Of a DNA stretch of 64,000 bases, positions 1-12,628 are shown piece by piece. This stretch comes from Mobula hypostoma (Eukaryota). The position numbers and the translations under genes were made by a program. The stretch's first letter is position 1. Every line of letters starts with the position of its first letter. The notes beneath the pieces are model-generated. The model worked only from the letters and a program-made list of their open reading frames with translations, had not been told where the DNA came from and ran no database searches. The stretch is taken from the NCBI RefSeq assembly GCF_963921235.1, contig NC_086097.1, positions 53,384,001 to 53,448,000 on the forward strand, in the 5' to 3' direction.

Positions 1-1841
1 ATGCAAGAATATGCAATACTCAAAGAATTTGTAGCAATCACTTAAAAGAAATGTATTAATTCAATTTCCTCCCCCTCCCCACAGTCTTTTAATTCTGGAA
101 TGTCTCTAACATTTCCCTACCATCATGTATAGAACTTAAATTAAAATGGGTTTAATAGCAAGCTTGGCAGCTTTAGATGGCTTTATGATAGCCAGCAATA
201 TATATTGACTGTATTTAAACGGTTATGGCAAAAGGAAGTTACTTCATTCCCACTTTATTATCTTCAATTTCTCTTAAACTAAGTGGCTTTAGATATCATG
301 CCAATAAATCTAAAATTGCTAAACACAAGGGATTCTACAGATGCTGGAAATCCAGAAAAGTACATACAAAATCCTGGACAATTTCAACACATCAAGTAGC
401 ATCTATGGAAAGGAATAAACAGCTGACATTTTGGTCTGGGATCCTCCATCAGGATACCTTTTGTGCACACAATCCTCACGATTTTTAATCTATAATCATT
501 AGAGACCACAAGGGATTAAGCTTCCAAGTTGTATCGCTCCAATTTACCAGTCTGGCCATTAATTCCATTTGACAGAACCAATAGTGAACTGCTCCACCGC
601 TTCTTTGAATTGTTGAGACCTAACAACATGTTTTTTAGTCAAAGCAGAACAGTCTCGAGTCAGCTTCTGTTATGCGGAGAAACTATTCTGGAGAGTTTTC
701 TGATGCCAAATTCTTCACCATGACTCAGCCATCTGTGATAGCTACAAGTCAGCCGCCTATTATAGCTATAACCCAGCTGCTGAGTGTGGCAAACTGCTTT
801 TCATAAATTTTCACAGTATCAGTGGAAAAGGCAGAAATAATATTTTAAAAGTACAACAGATTGTTAACCTTACAGATTGATTTTATAACCATTACAGAAT
901 TCCATTCCCCCTACACCTCCCCCCCCCCCCATTTCAGCAGTTTTAATAATTTGGGAAATGAAATTAACATTATATAATGCAAGAATTCTAAACTTAACAC
1001 CAAACAATGGCTTACAATTTTTTTTTGTGAAAGATTACATTAGTAACAATGTTGACTGTATTACACAAGTCATCTTGATCAAATTTGCAGATGTGGAAGA
1101 TAAAAAGAACGTGAGTGCACAATTTTGGAAGCAATTTGTGAGTCAGAATCACGATGGGTTTTTGACCATAAAGGTACACAGTAGATCAAATTTTTCAATA
1201 AAAATTTGACTGGTATCTTACTGATGCTAGGAATCTGTTTATTCTGAAACTAGTTTAAAAAAAAGTACTACCACCCCACAGGTCAAGGCTTACACTTCAA
1301 GACATAGGAGCAGAATTAGGCCATCTAGCCCATCAGGTCTGCTCTGCCATTCAATATGTTTGAGTTATTTTTCCCCCTTAACCCTGCCTCTCCTGCAACC
1401 TTTGACACCCTTATTACAAAACCGATTAACCTACGCTTAACCCATAAGGAAATAAGAGCAAACAGACTTTAGTGCAATTGACCAGCCTCATCTGCTGGTC
1501 AGGGAAGAAGGGGGATGCCTTACAGTGGTGAACCAGTCACTCATTCTGTGAAAACACAGAAAATTGAAAGGACCAGGAACAAGGAAAATAAAAGGCAACT
1601 TTGGACCTACCACAGCTGAACTCATCATTTGCTTGTCTGTTCACAGGGAGGTTGTGCAAATAACTGGGCAGGAGTAAAATAGATGTGTGCTTACTGAAAG
1701 TAAAGAATTATCCTAAAATTTCACTTTGAATCATTTGCTTCATTTAAGGATTGTAAAACTTATACTTTTACATGCACTCTTACATTGAGCTGCTCACAAT
1801 TAAGATACTGACATTCAGCAATTATTTTAATCATGCTGTAC

Positions 1842-1970
1842 CTTTGGAAAATCCCAATTTCTGGGTAACTGTCCTTGCAATTTTCGATGTGGTTGCATCA
1901 CTGTACAAATAAACTTCATCCACGCTATACCAGTCCACATGGTTGCGACTCAGCTTTAAGCTGTGTATGG
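1842..1970 (-). CDS. DDHD1: DDHD1 coding exon 3 (not in the ORF track)
   Basis: ttgcAG acceptor at 1972-1971 and GTACAG donor at 1841; 129 nt, phase 1-1; encodes (A)IHSLKLSRNHVDWYSVDEVYLYSDATTSKIARTVTQKLGFSK. Later exons were not found and presumably lie left of the window. Confidence 0.96.
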
Positions 1971-2663
1971 CTGCAACCGATAGACATTTCAAACATTAAT
2001 CAAAAATATTTAATACTTATAAAATTTGAAAAGTGCAGAGCTGCAGCAGGGATGTTTTGGAGTGGGAGGGGGAAGAGGGGGAAGGGGGGAGAGGGAAAAA
2101 AATGATAAAATTCTGAAAGAACATCAGAATGAGATAATCTTTTTCAAATACATCCTTTCTTAAAAAGATTTCAGATGATAAATATGCTCAGAAAAAGAGA
2201 GAAAGAAAGTAAGAATAAAGTCAAGCTTGTATATTGGAGGTAGCTTCGTAATACATGAGCAAAAAATGCTGAAAAATTAAAGTTACAGTGGGATGCAAAA
2301 GTCTGGGCACCCCAGTCAAAATTTCTGTTACTGTGAATAGTTAAGTGAGTAGAAGATGAACTGATCTCGAAAAGTCATAAAGTTAAAGGTGAAACATTCT
2401 TTTCAACATTTTAAGCAAGATTAGTGTATTATTTTTGTTTTGTACAATTTTAGAGTGAAAAAAGGAGAGAAGCACCATGTAAATGTTTGGGCACCCCAAG
2501 AGATTTGAGCTCTCAGATAACTTTTATCAAGGTCTCAGACCTTAATTAGCTTGTGAGAGCTATGGCTTGTTCACAGTCACCATTAGGAAAGGCCAGGTGA
2601 TGCAAATTTCAAAGCTTTACAAATACCCTGACTCCTCAAACCTTGTCCCAACAGTCAGCAGCC

Positions 2664-3686
2664 ATGGGCTCCTCTAAGCAGTTGCCTAGCACTCTGAAAA
2701 TTAAAATAAATGATGCCCACAAAGCAGGAGAAAGCTATAAGAAAATAGCAAAGCGTTTTCAGGTAGCCGTTTCCTCAGTCCGTAATGTAATTAAGAAATG
2801 GCAGTTAATAGGAACGGTGGAGGTCAAGCTGAGGTCTGGAAGACCAAGAAAACTTTCCAAGAGAACTGCTCGTAGGATTGCTAGAAAGGCAAATCAAAAT
2901 CCCTGTTTGACTGCAAAAGACCTTCAGGAAGATTTAGCAGACTCTGGAGTGGTGGTGCACTGTTCTACTGTGCAGTGACACTTGCACAAATATGACCTTC
3001 ATGGATGAGTCATCAGAAGAAATCCTCTCCTGTGTCCTCACCACAAAGTTCAGCGTCAGAAGTTTGAAAAGGAACAACTAAACAAGCCTAATGCATTTTG
3101 GAAACAAGTCCTGTGGACTGATGAAGTTAAAATAGAACATTTTGGCCGCAATGAGCAAAGGTATGTTTGGAGAAAAAAGGGTGCAGAATTTCATGAAAAG
3201 AACACCTCTCCAACTGTTAATCACGGGGGTGGATCGATCATGCTTTGGGCTTGTGTTGCAGCCAGTGGCACAGGTAACATTTCACTGGTAGAGGGAAGAA
3301 TGAATTTAATTAAATACCAGCAAATTCTGGAAGTAAACATCACACTGTCTGTAAAAAAGCTGAAGATGAAAAGAGGATGGCTTCTACAATAGGATAATGA
3401 TCCTAAACCCACCTCAAAATCCACAATGGACTACCACAAGAGGCGCAAGCTGAAGGTTTTGCCATGGCCCTCACAGTCCCCCGACCTAAACATCATCGAA
3501 AATCTGTGGATAGACCTCAAAAGAGCAGTGCATGCAAGACAGGCCAAGAATCTCACAGAACGAGAAGCCTTTTACAGGGAAGAATGGGCAAAAATCCCCC
3601 AAACAAGAATTGAAAGACTCTTAGCTGGCTTCAGAAAGTGTTTACAAGCTGTGATACTTGCCAAAGGGGGTGTTACTAAGTACTGA
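2664..3686 (+). pseudogene. Tc1 transposase pseudogene (340 codons, three in-frame stops, no frameshift)
   Basis: One frame from ATG 2664 to TGA 3686 with paired HTH, GRPR, LWTDE, DNDPK and SPDLNIIE; 34 residues between the second D and E; stops at 2976, 3006 and 3390. Confidence 0.93.
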
Positions 3687-3762
3687 CCATGCAGGGTGCC
3701 TAAACCTTTGCTTCAGGCCCTTTTCCTTTTTACTTATTTTGAAACCGTAAAGGATGGAAGTA

Positions 3763-4583
3763 CAGGTCCACAATCTCTTATCCGAAATCCCTGGGGCCAA
3801 TTGCATTTCATAATTCAGAATTTTTTGGATTTCAGAATCCCTCCTTATTGGTTACGGGACCCCTTGCCGATACCAAAAAAAACACGTATGCTCAAGTCCC
3901 TTATTTACCATCTCAATGCGGTGGACCTTAGGACCCAGCAGAGCTCCGGACCTATGCACATCCTCCCATATACTTTAAATCATCTCTAGATTACTTATAA
4001 TACCTAATACAATGTAAATGCTATGTAAATAGTTGTTATACTGTATTGTTTAGGGAATAATGACAAGAAAAAAAATTCAATAAAACATAAAAATATACAG
4101 CTTCAAATGAACCGAATCAATCACATGGTAAATGACTTATTGGAATAAATGTAGAACGTCACTGTAAAACTTCAGTAACTTGTCTTTCTGTTTATTTAAA
4201 TCATATACAGTGGTAGTTCCAACACCATATTCTTCAGTAAGACACCACACAGACACACCACGATCAAGCTTCTGCAATAACTCCACTTTCTGCATTATTG
4301 ATAACAATAGGTGCTTCCTTCTCTTTTTCTCATTGTTACCCATAGGGGTATCTGCAACTCTTTTTGACATTTTCACTTTTCACAGTGAAATTAAACACAA
4401 AGTCAACAGTGAACACAAAATATCAGCGAACAGCAAATGCACGTGTAACCAGTACGAGCGCTGAGCCACAACTGACGTCGTGCTGCCACGTCACACCTGA
4501 GTGACGTCAGCTGTTGGCGAAGAAAACTTCGGTTTTCAGAGCTTTTTGGATTTCAGAATTTCGGATAAGGGATTATGGACCTG
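3763..4583 (-). mobile_element. Tigger4/MER46-like pogo deletion derivative containing a MER2-like block
   Basis: TIRs CAGGTCCACAATCTCTTATCCGAAAT / ATTTCGGATAAGGGATTATGGACCTG; TA TSD at 3761-3762 and 4584-4585; ORF 4137-4376(-) encodes a CENP-B-type N-terminal HTH (KRKHLLLSIMQKVELLQKLDRGVSV..EEYGVGTTTVYDL). Confidence 0.88.
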
Positions 4584-6689
4584 TAAAAATGCGAACTTAC
4601 TTAAAATATTAAAGAAATGTGTCATCTTTAACTTTATGCCTTTTGGAAATCAGGTCATCTTTTACTCGCTTAGCTATTCACAGTAACAGAAATTTTGACC
4701 GGGGTGCCCAAACTTTTGCATGCCGCTGTATAAGAAAATTCATGTGGTGGTTAAATGAGTTCCTGTGCACAACAGAGTTTTTTGTCCATTGCTACCGAAG
4801 TTGTTCCGGCAGTGCAAATCTCTAGCTCTCCAATTATACACAATGCCATTGATAATGGACTTTCAGCCTGAAAGGATCTGTTACAATGGGTGACAAACAA
4901 ATTACAGATTTCAAGTTGAACAGATCATAATGTGTAGCTCTCTTTGCAAAAGGTTTATACCAATTAAAAAAAAATTCACTTGAGAGTTCTTATTTCTACT
5001 AAACTGATTTATATTTTCTAAAAAATTCTACAAATTTACTGGGGGAAGTATGCACTAATAAAAGGTGAACCTAGCTCTCAGTCACAGATTTTCTAAAGAT
5101 TGTCCCTCATGTCTATGAGAATGAATTCAAGGGCCAATTTTTGTTACATGGACAAAGCACTGAAGGCAGCAGGAAACACTTGAGATTCAGAAACAGTTCC
5201 ACTTTGGGCACTAGTCTAAGTTCAGCAGCAGAGGAAGAGAGTAAATGCTAATTGAAAAACTCTTCTAACCAACACTAGGTGTAGAGAACAATTCATACTA
5301 TACCTTGGGAACACTTTCTTTTGTAACATGCAGTGCCTGCAATTTTCTTACATCCTCTCCGTTTGAACAGAAAGGGAAAATAGAAGGAAGGGAGTTGGTA
5401 GAAAACTAACAAAGTAAAAAAAAAGGTCAACTTTATGGATATTGTGAACACTCTCTTGATCTCCAGAATGTATCGATCTCAAAATCAAAATATGTTCTAG
5501 GCTCTCCAATTAAAACAATTTTCCAATACTGAACAGGAAACCATTCACACCATTTTCTAAAGTATTTGCACCATATTCTGAACTATTTCTGAAACGACAA
5601 ATACAAATTAAAGACAGGATACAGATATGACTTTGTTTCAAGATCCATATCTGAAACTTTATTTGCTTATTTTTGTTGTCACATTATGACTTCAGTTCTA
5701 CAATTGCCAAGTCACTAGAAACAGTCCAAAATAATGGCTTCACAGAAAAACTATATTGATAAACTTGAAGATCTATTAGCAATAGCTAGTTAAAATAGAC
5801 ATTAATCAAAATCATATAATCAGCACATCAATAATCCAAACGAACACATCCTTAGCTATCTTGATTTCAACTTCTCTAAATAATACTCACTGAAAGAAAG
5901 GAATAGCAACAGGTTACATCAACCTATCTGGTACAAATATAAAAAATATTTTGATGTAGCTTTATACAAAATATGCAGTATCTTCCATTATGCAGAAACA
6001 GAAAATACTGGAAAACTAAACTGGGTAGATAGCATCTTCGAAGGAGAAAGAGTTAATATTCCAGGCCAAATGGTAGTTCATTGATACTTTTCAATTTCTT
6101 CCCTTCCATTCCCTTTTGTCAGCAGCCAGATTCTAAGAAATAAAGTAAATCTAGGAGCTAACTGATATTTCAATATATCAATTCCTGAGGAGAACAAGAA
6201 TTCATTTTTTTTTACTAAAAGGCAATGCATTATTTTTTTTCTTGCCTTTCAACTTTGCGTTGTCAATAAAATTAAAAACAAATCTGAAAATATAATGTAC
6301 ACCAACAGGGTTTTAACATCAAACAGAGCAAACTATGAAGACAAGACATGCAAGTTAGCAATGACAGATAGGGAAGCAACATTAAAAAGACATAATAATA
6401 GCCAAGCAATGGGTAACATTTAACAAAGTAATAGATGGTTTAAGGAAATGCTTATCCCTTTAAGGCATAAAAATAGTCGTGTCATGGCCAACGGGTTAAA
6501 GGTTGGATGCGTTAAGTGAAAACATGCAAGCAGAAAGACAAGGCATATAGAAAACTGGGAAAACTTAACAGTTGAAAAGGACCAAGGCATCGATGAAGGA
6601 AAGCACCTTATGAAAGTAGTCTATCAAGCAATGTTGAAGTTTCTTCAGATAGGTAATAAGGTAAAGATTAACAAAAAGATGAATGGATT

Positions 6690-7748
6690 CCTTTACCAAC
6701 TAAGTCAGGAGATATTATAATGGAGAATAAGGAAGTGGCAGAGAAATTAAACAACCGTTTATTGTCAGCCATCAGAAATCCTGTGAAACTGCAGAGAACT
6801 ACAGATCTAGTATGAATGAGCAACCCAAAGAAATTAGCATTGGTTAAAAATAATACATAGCATTGGAGAAATTAATGTGACTGGAAGATGAAAAAATACC
6901 TAGAATTTGATGACCTAATGTTCTGAAGGTGGCAGCTATGAAGATGGTGGATTCTTCAGCCATGAGCTTCCAAAGTTCCAAAGACTCTAGAATGGCTCCC
7001 ATAGATTGGAAGGCAATAAAACAGTGGGATAAAATTTAAGAAAGGGAGAAGGAAACAGGGAACAATAGACTAATCAGTCTGACGGAGGTGTATTAAGGAG
7101 AATGTCTGAATTTATTATAGTGGTTAAAAGGGTACTTAGAAAATATTGATAGGACTGGGCAAAAATCACCATGGAGTTATGAAAGGGGAATCAGATTTGA
7201 CAAATCTCTTATTTTTTTTTATGTTTGACCAGCAAAACAAATAGAGGTAAACCATTTAATGTGGTGTGTTTGGACTTTCAGCAATCTGTATCAATGATCT
7301 GGACAAGAGAATTAACTATAAGTCCAGGTTTGCTGAGGTTTAAAATTAGGTGGCAGGGAAATTAGGGGCTGTCATGAAGCAGATGGAATATGTCGAAAAA
7401 ATGAGGCTATCTAGCTTGGTAAACAAAACGTGAGAATTTGAAAGGTATGAAGTTCAGAAATACCTTGTGTACCTTATACACGAGTCACTGAAAGTTAACA
7501 TGCAGGTACAACATGATACAAAAACCTCACTGAAAGATACATAATTTTGAGGGAGCTTTGGTCACAAGTCTATTTAAGACAAGGAGGGAGATAACAAGAA
7601 GTTTCAGATATTATGGAAATCAAATTACAGGAGGTTAGTGTTGGAAGATGCACCAAAGTCAAGACCTCACAATCAGTCATGATCTCATTGATTCGTGAGG
7701 TAGGTTCAGGGAATGTATGGCCTACTCCTACTTCTTATTTCTTATGTT
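6690..7748 (+). mobile_element. Highly degraded CR1 LINE fragments
   Basis: Remnants of ORF2 motifs (IMENKEVAEKLN, DWKA, DVVCLDFQ) and a CR1-type 3' end (atggcctactccta...ttcttatgtt). Boundaries approximate. Confidence 0.6.
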
Positions 7749-8806
7749 TAATCTGGAGATGCGACTAAAAACATCAGTAAAAATCGATTCAGAAAAGAAA
7801 ACCACTTTCCTCCCACCCCCCAAAAAATGTTTCAAAATCATTACTAACAAAGGGACTTGGACCTGAACCTGAACCATTAACTCCATTTCTTTTCCCACAG
7901 ATGGTGCCTGACCTGCTGAGTCCTTCCAGCATTTATTTCTTAAACTTCAGATTTCTAGTCTCTGTAGTTTTTTTGATTAATGAAGCACAATTTATTCAAT
8001 CAGCAGCTAGATAACAATATTAAAAGGAACAAAATTCCTCTGGCCAGCAGATTAATTTGCCATTTTAAGGGACATCTCAGATTGAAATCCTAGGGGATGT
8101 TGATTATTTCTCTTGCAAAAAATGTTCTATTTTTCAAATGATGAAAATGAAGTCACAGGAATACACTGTCTTGTTCTCCAAGATTAGAACTCTTCACTCA
8201 AGTCAGAATAATTCTTTCCACAAGATACTTCAATTTATTCCTTAAAAAGGATGTCCAGATGTGCAAATATTGAGAAAAAGCAACACATCTGACAGATGCT
8301 CTTTCTACATTAATTACAGAAAGACAAGCTGCAAGATCAGCTTGCTATCTGATAGAATATTTTTACATATCATCTTGTAATAGGGTGCATGACAGGCTCA
8401 AGGAAGCTACAGAAGTGAGAGAGGTGTAGAAGATAGTAAAAAGTGTTAAATAAACTCCATAGCAAGTTAAATTATAATTGGAAAATGAGATGGATAAGTG
8501 CAAACTAGTTAGTAACTAATTTAGATCTAAATGTCAAGTTCCAATTTACACCAAGAGGAATGAAGACCAGATGAGCAAGATTTTGAAAACATTATTTAGC
8601 TGGAAGTTGTAATGGGGAACAAGAACCCTGCTAACTTAATAAGCCAAATAGGGTTATGACTACAGACATTTATTTTGAAAATGGCCTGAAAATAAATTAC
8701 CTAAAATTATGAAAACTGTAGATAGCTGTATAGGTCTGCATACAGTTTTATAGTCAGATTAGCTATGATGTTTTTCAAATCCAACTGGTAAAAATTATCC
8801 CTTATA

Positions 8807-10044
8807 CACTTAGTGGCCACTTAATGAGGTACCTCCTATACCTAATAAAGTAGCCACTGAGTGGCTATTCATGGACTTCTGCTACGGTAGGCCATCAATT
8901 TCAAGGTTTGACATGTTACGTGTTCAGAGATTCTGTGCTGCACATTACTGTCATAACAAGTACAACTATCATTTAAACATTCACATGAATACAGCCAAAT
9001 GAGCAGCTTTCCTCCAGGGACAAGGTGTAAAACACAGCACATCATGCACTATAACAGCCACAGAAGGATGGAATCCACTGACTGTACCCTGGGGGGGGGG
9101 GGGTGCAGCACCAACGGGAGGGGGCAGCTCCCAACCCAGCTCAGAGCAGCACTCTCCCACACCACCGCTGGTGTTTCCTTCTGTGGGTGGCTGCAATAGG
9201 CGACCCGCATCACGAGGACCAGGTCTGCGCAACAACCAAGGCCGTGCATTACTGGTTTCTCTCATTGATGAGCAATGTATCGTACTTCACCCAGCACATT
9301 CTGTACAGAAGTCTTTGCTAATGAACAGTGAACTGGACATGCAGTATTCCACATTACCAATGTCTAGCAGGGTCTCGTGATCACAAAATACATCCAAGGT
9401 GATCACTTATGCTGCCTCGGACACCTTCCTCCTTTAGTGGCTGTAGCAGGAGGCAACATGGTACACAACAGTTCCAGCTCCACTGCCATCGAACATCTCG
9501 CCAGTGGGGCAGAACTACAGCAACTGAAGTTCTCAATATCTAGGGAGTGTCTTAAGATAACACAAAAGACACAAAGGACGAACAATCACACCTTTGTTTG
9601 GACCTGGAGAGGCTGCTGCGACCAAACACGCCGTCTTACCAGAACACATGGTTATTTGTGTTGTCACCTTCATGTCTTCTTCAACTAGCCTGGCCATTCT
9701 CGTCTGACCTCTCATTAACAAAGCATTTCTGGCCACAGACTGCCGCTAACTGGAGTTTTCCTACCATTCTCTATAAACTCTCGAGATTGTTGTGCACACC
9801 AATTCCAGAACATTTGCATTTTCTCAGATATTGAAACACCCTACCTGGCACCAACCATCATTCCACGGACAAACTCACTTAGATCACATTTCTCCCCCAT
9901 TCTGTTGTTTGGTCTGAACAATAAATGAACCTCCTGACCATGTCTGCATGCTTTTATGCATTGATTTGCTACCACATGATTGGCTGATTAGATATTTGCA
10001 TTACAGCGGTGTACAGGTGTACCTAATAATGTGGCCACTGAGTG
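8807..10044. mobile_element. Non-autonomous Tc1-like element with internal retroelement-derived insertion(s) at about 8965-9645
   Basis: TIRs CACTTAGTGGCCACTTAATGAGGTAC / GTACCTAATAATGTGGCCACTGAGTG with TA on both sides (8805-8806, 10045-10046). Confidence 0.8.
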
Positions 10045-10140
10045 TATATGACAACTTAAAGGTTTACAGCACTTGTTGGAAAGATGGAATACCACCTTCA
10101 AGGGAGACTAATGTTATATCTTTGATAACTTTCAATTTCC

Positions 10141-10277
10141 AAAACACAAGAAAATCTGCAGCTGCTGGAAATCCAAACTAACGCACACAAAATGCTGGGG
10201 GAACTCAGCATGTCAGGCAGCACCTATGGAGAGGAATAAACAGTTGACCTTTCGGGTCGAGACCCTTCTACAGGATT
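10141..10277 (-). repeat. Penelope-type pLTR 3' end fragment with decayed hammerhead core (similar copy at about 321-455)
   Basis: Reverse complement reads cctgtagaagggtctcgacccgaaaggtcaactg...tccataggtgctgcctgac...ccagcattttgtgtg, homologous to 39560-39660. Confidence 0.7.
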
Positions 10278-10679
10278 ACATTAGAATTTTCTAATGCAAT
10301 TTTCGTTTTGTAGGCTAACAATATTATTCAAAAGGAACTAAATGCAGGGGGCAGAAAAATACAAGAAACTAGGTTTGATTTATTTCCTGTCTTGGTTTGC
10401 CCCTTAGGATTACTGTGATTATTATTTGGAAGATTTGTTTATGGTCTGTGTGCTAGCTGAATGAACACCCATAGCACTGCAGCAAAATATCTTGCTCAAC
10501 TTATTCCATATTCAATGACCTCAGACTTTTGAGAACTTTGAAAGAGGACTTCTGTACCAATGTGCTTGGTGAAGTATGATATAATACTCATCAACAAGAG
10601 AAACCAATAGTTATGTGAAGTACTGCTAAGAAAGGTGGATTTTATACACCCATTCTCTTACCAACTACCATCAACATGA

Positions 10680-11585
10680 TGCAGAACCAGATCACTTTTA
10701 CACCACCAAGAATGTTTACTGTACCATCCCATACTTACACGTTGGCAAGTCTGATCACTGGCTGCCATTCAACTCCTGGCTGAGGACTGCAAACGTATGG
10801 TCGAGAAGCAGAGTAGCATTTATAAGACTGCTTTGAATTGGCAGATTGGACCATATTCAGGAATTTACCTTCAGATCTGAATGAATACGCCACAGCTGTC
10901 ACCAATTTCATCAAGACCCGCGAGGATGAACGAGTGCCTTTGAAAGCATACCAAGGTTTCCAATCCAGAGGCTCTGGATGGACCAGGAAATTTGCAATCT
11001 GCTGAGGGCAAGACGCATGGCGTTCAAGACTGGTAAACCAGAATCTACAAGATATTCAGGCACAACCTGTGGAAGACCACTGTGAGAAGCAAAAGGTAAT
11101 TCCGTGTGAAGTTAGAGGCATAATCAAATGCATGATAGCTAGTGTCATGGTTTGCATGACATTACTTCCAACAAGGCAAAACCGAACAGTACAAATAGTA
11201 GTGATGCTTCACTTTGTAATAAGCTTAACTACTTTCATGCACACTTTGAAAAGGAGAATAACACATCATTGAGGACATCTTCAAGAGGAGCTGCCACCCA
11301 CCACCAAGGACTCTCACCATGCAGGACATGCCCTCTTTTCATTACTACCATCAGGTAAGAGGTGCAGGAACCCGAGACCCACACTCAATATTTTAGGAAC
11401 AGCTTCTTCCCTTTTGCCATCAAATTTTGAATGGTCCACAAACTCATTAACATCAGTTATTCCTTTTTGTTTGCACAATTTAGTTTGTAATTTAGAGTAA
11501 TTTTAATATCTTTGCACTGTTCTGTTGATGCAAAATACCAAGTTTCAAGTTAGATAAGTTAGTGATAATAAACCTCATTCTCATT
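10680..11585 (+). mobile_element. Degraded Rex1/Babar-type LINE fragments
   Basis: Remnants of the ORF (SDHWL, LWMDQEI, NYFHAHFEKEN) followed by a typical 3' UTR with aataaa. Boundaries approximate. Confidence 0.55.
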
Positions 11586-11799
11586 CCGATGGATAGAGGC
11601 TGAGAGGGATATGGACCAAACACAGGTAAATGGGAGTAACTCAGAGGTAGGTAGCTGGGTCAGCATTAACAAGCTGTGCCTAACAGATTGATTCTATCCA
11701 TTATGACTGTACAAATATCTTTCAATTCTGAAGCACAAATATAGTCACTATTCTCTATTTCATTGGAGTTAGAACTGTTTTTTTTATTGTCACACATCA

Positions 11800-12628
11800 G
11801 CAAGGGAGATGAGGTCGAGTACAGGGCTACTGTAGGAAACATTGTCACATGGTGTGAGCAGAATTATCTGCAGCTTAATGTGAAAAAGACTAAGGAGCTG
11901 GTGGTAGACCTGAGGACAGCTAAGGTACCGGTGACCCCTGTTTCCATCCAGGGGGTCAGTGTGGACATAGTGGAGGATTACAAATACCTGGGGATACGAA
12001 TTGACAATAAACTGGACTGGTCAAAGAACACTGAGGCTGTCTACAAGAAGGGTCAGAGCTGTCTCTATTTCCTGAGGAGACTGAGGTCCTTTAACATCTG
12101 CCGGACGATGCTGAGGATGTTCTACGAGTCTGTGGTGGCCAGTGCTATCATGTTTGCTGTTGTGTGCTGGGGCAGCAGGCTGAGGGTGGCAGACACCAAC
12201 GGAATCAACAAACTTATTCAAAAGGCCAGTGATGTTGTGGGGATGGAACTGGACTCTCTCACAGCGGTGTCTGAAAAGAGGATGCTGTCTAAGTTGCATG
12301 CCATCTTGGTCAATATCTCCCATCCACTACATAATGTACTGGGTGGGCACAGGAGTACATTCAGCCAGAGACTCATTCCTCCAAGATGCAGCACAGAGCG
12401 TCATAGGAAGTCATTCCTGCCTGTGGCCATCAAACTTTACAACTCCTCCCTTGGAGGGTCAGACACCCTGTGCCGATAGGCTGGTCCTGGACTTATTTCA
12501 TAATTTACTGGCATAATTTACATATTACTATTTAACTATTTACGGTTTTATTACTATTTATTATTTATGGTGCAACTGTAACGAAAACCAATTTCCCCCT
12601 GGGATCAATAAAGTATGACTATGACTAC
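11800..12628 (+). mobile_element. Young 5'-truncated Rex1/Babar LINE inserted in an older antisense LINE 3' end
   Basis: Open ORF to 12479 with RT C-terminus (LQLNVKKTKELVVD, YKYLG, LYFLRRLRSF); 3' tail aataaagtatgactatgact. Confidence 0.88.

Larger units (their letters stand above)
2286..4728 (+). mobile_element. Tc1 (DD34E) DNA transposon, full length, with a nested Tigger insertion
   Basis: TIRs CAGTGGGATGCAAAAGTCTGGGCACCCC / GGGGTGCCCAAACTTTTGCATGCCGCTG; TA TSD at 2284-2285 and 4729-4730; inner repeats of the transposase-binding motif at about 2481-2497 and 3694-3710. Confidence 0.95.

Noticed and set aside
5885..5930. Strong GTGAGT donor on the minus strand at 5890 as a possible DDHD1 microexon
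   Set aside because: Both nearby acceptors give 33- or 37-nt exons with in-frame stops and no homology; no support without RNA data.
9091..9103. Long G homopolymers (also near 15503-15516 and 22167-22182)
   Set aside because: Simple mononucleotide runs, often within TEs and prone to assembly length error.
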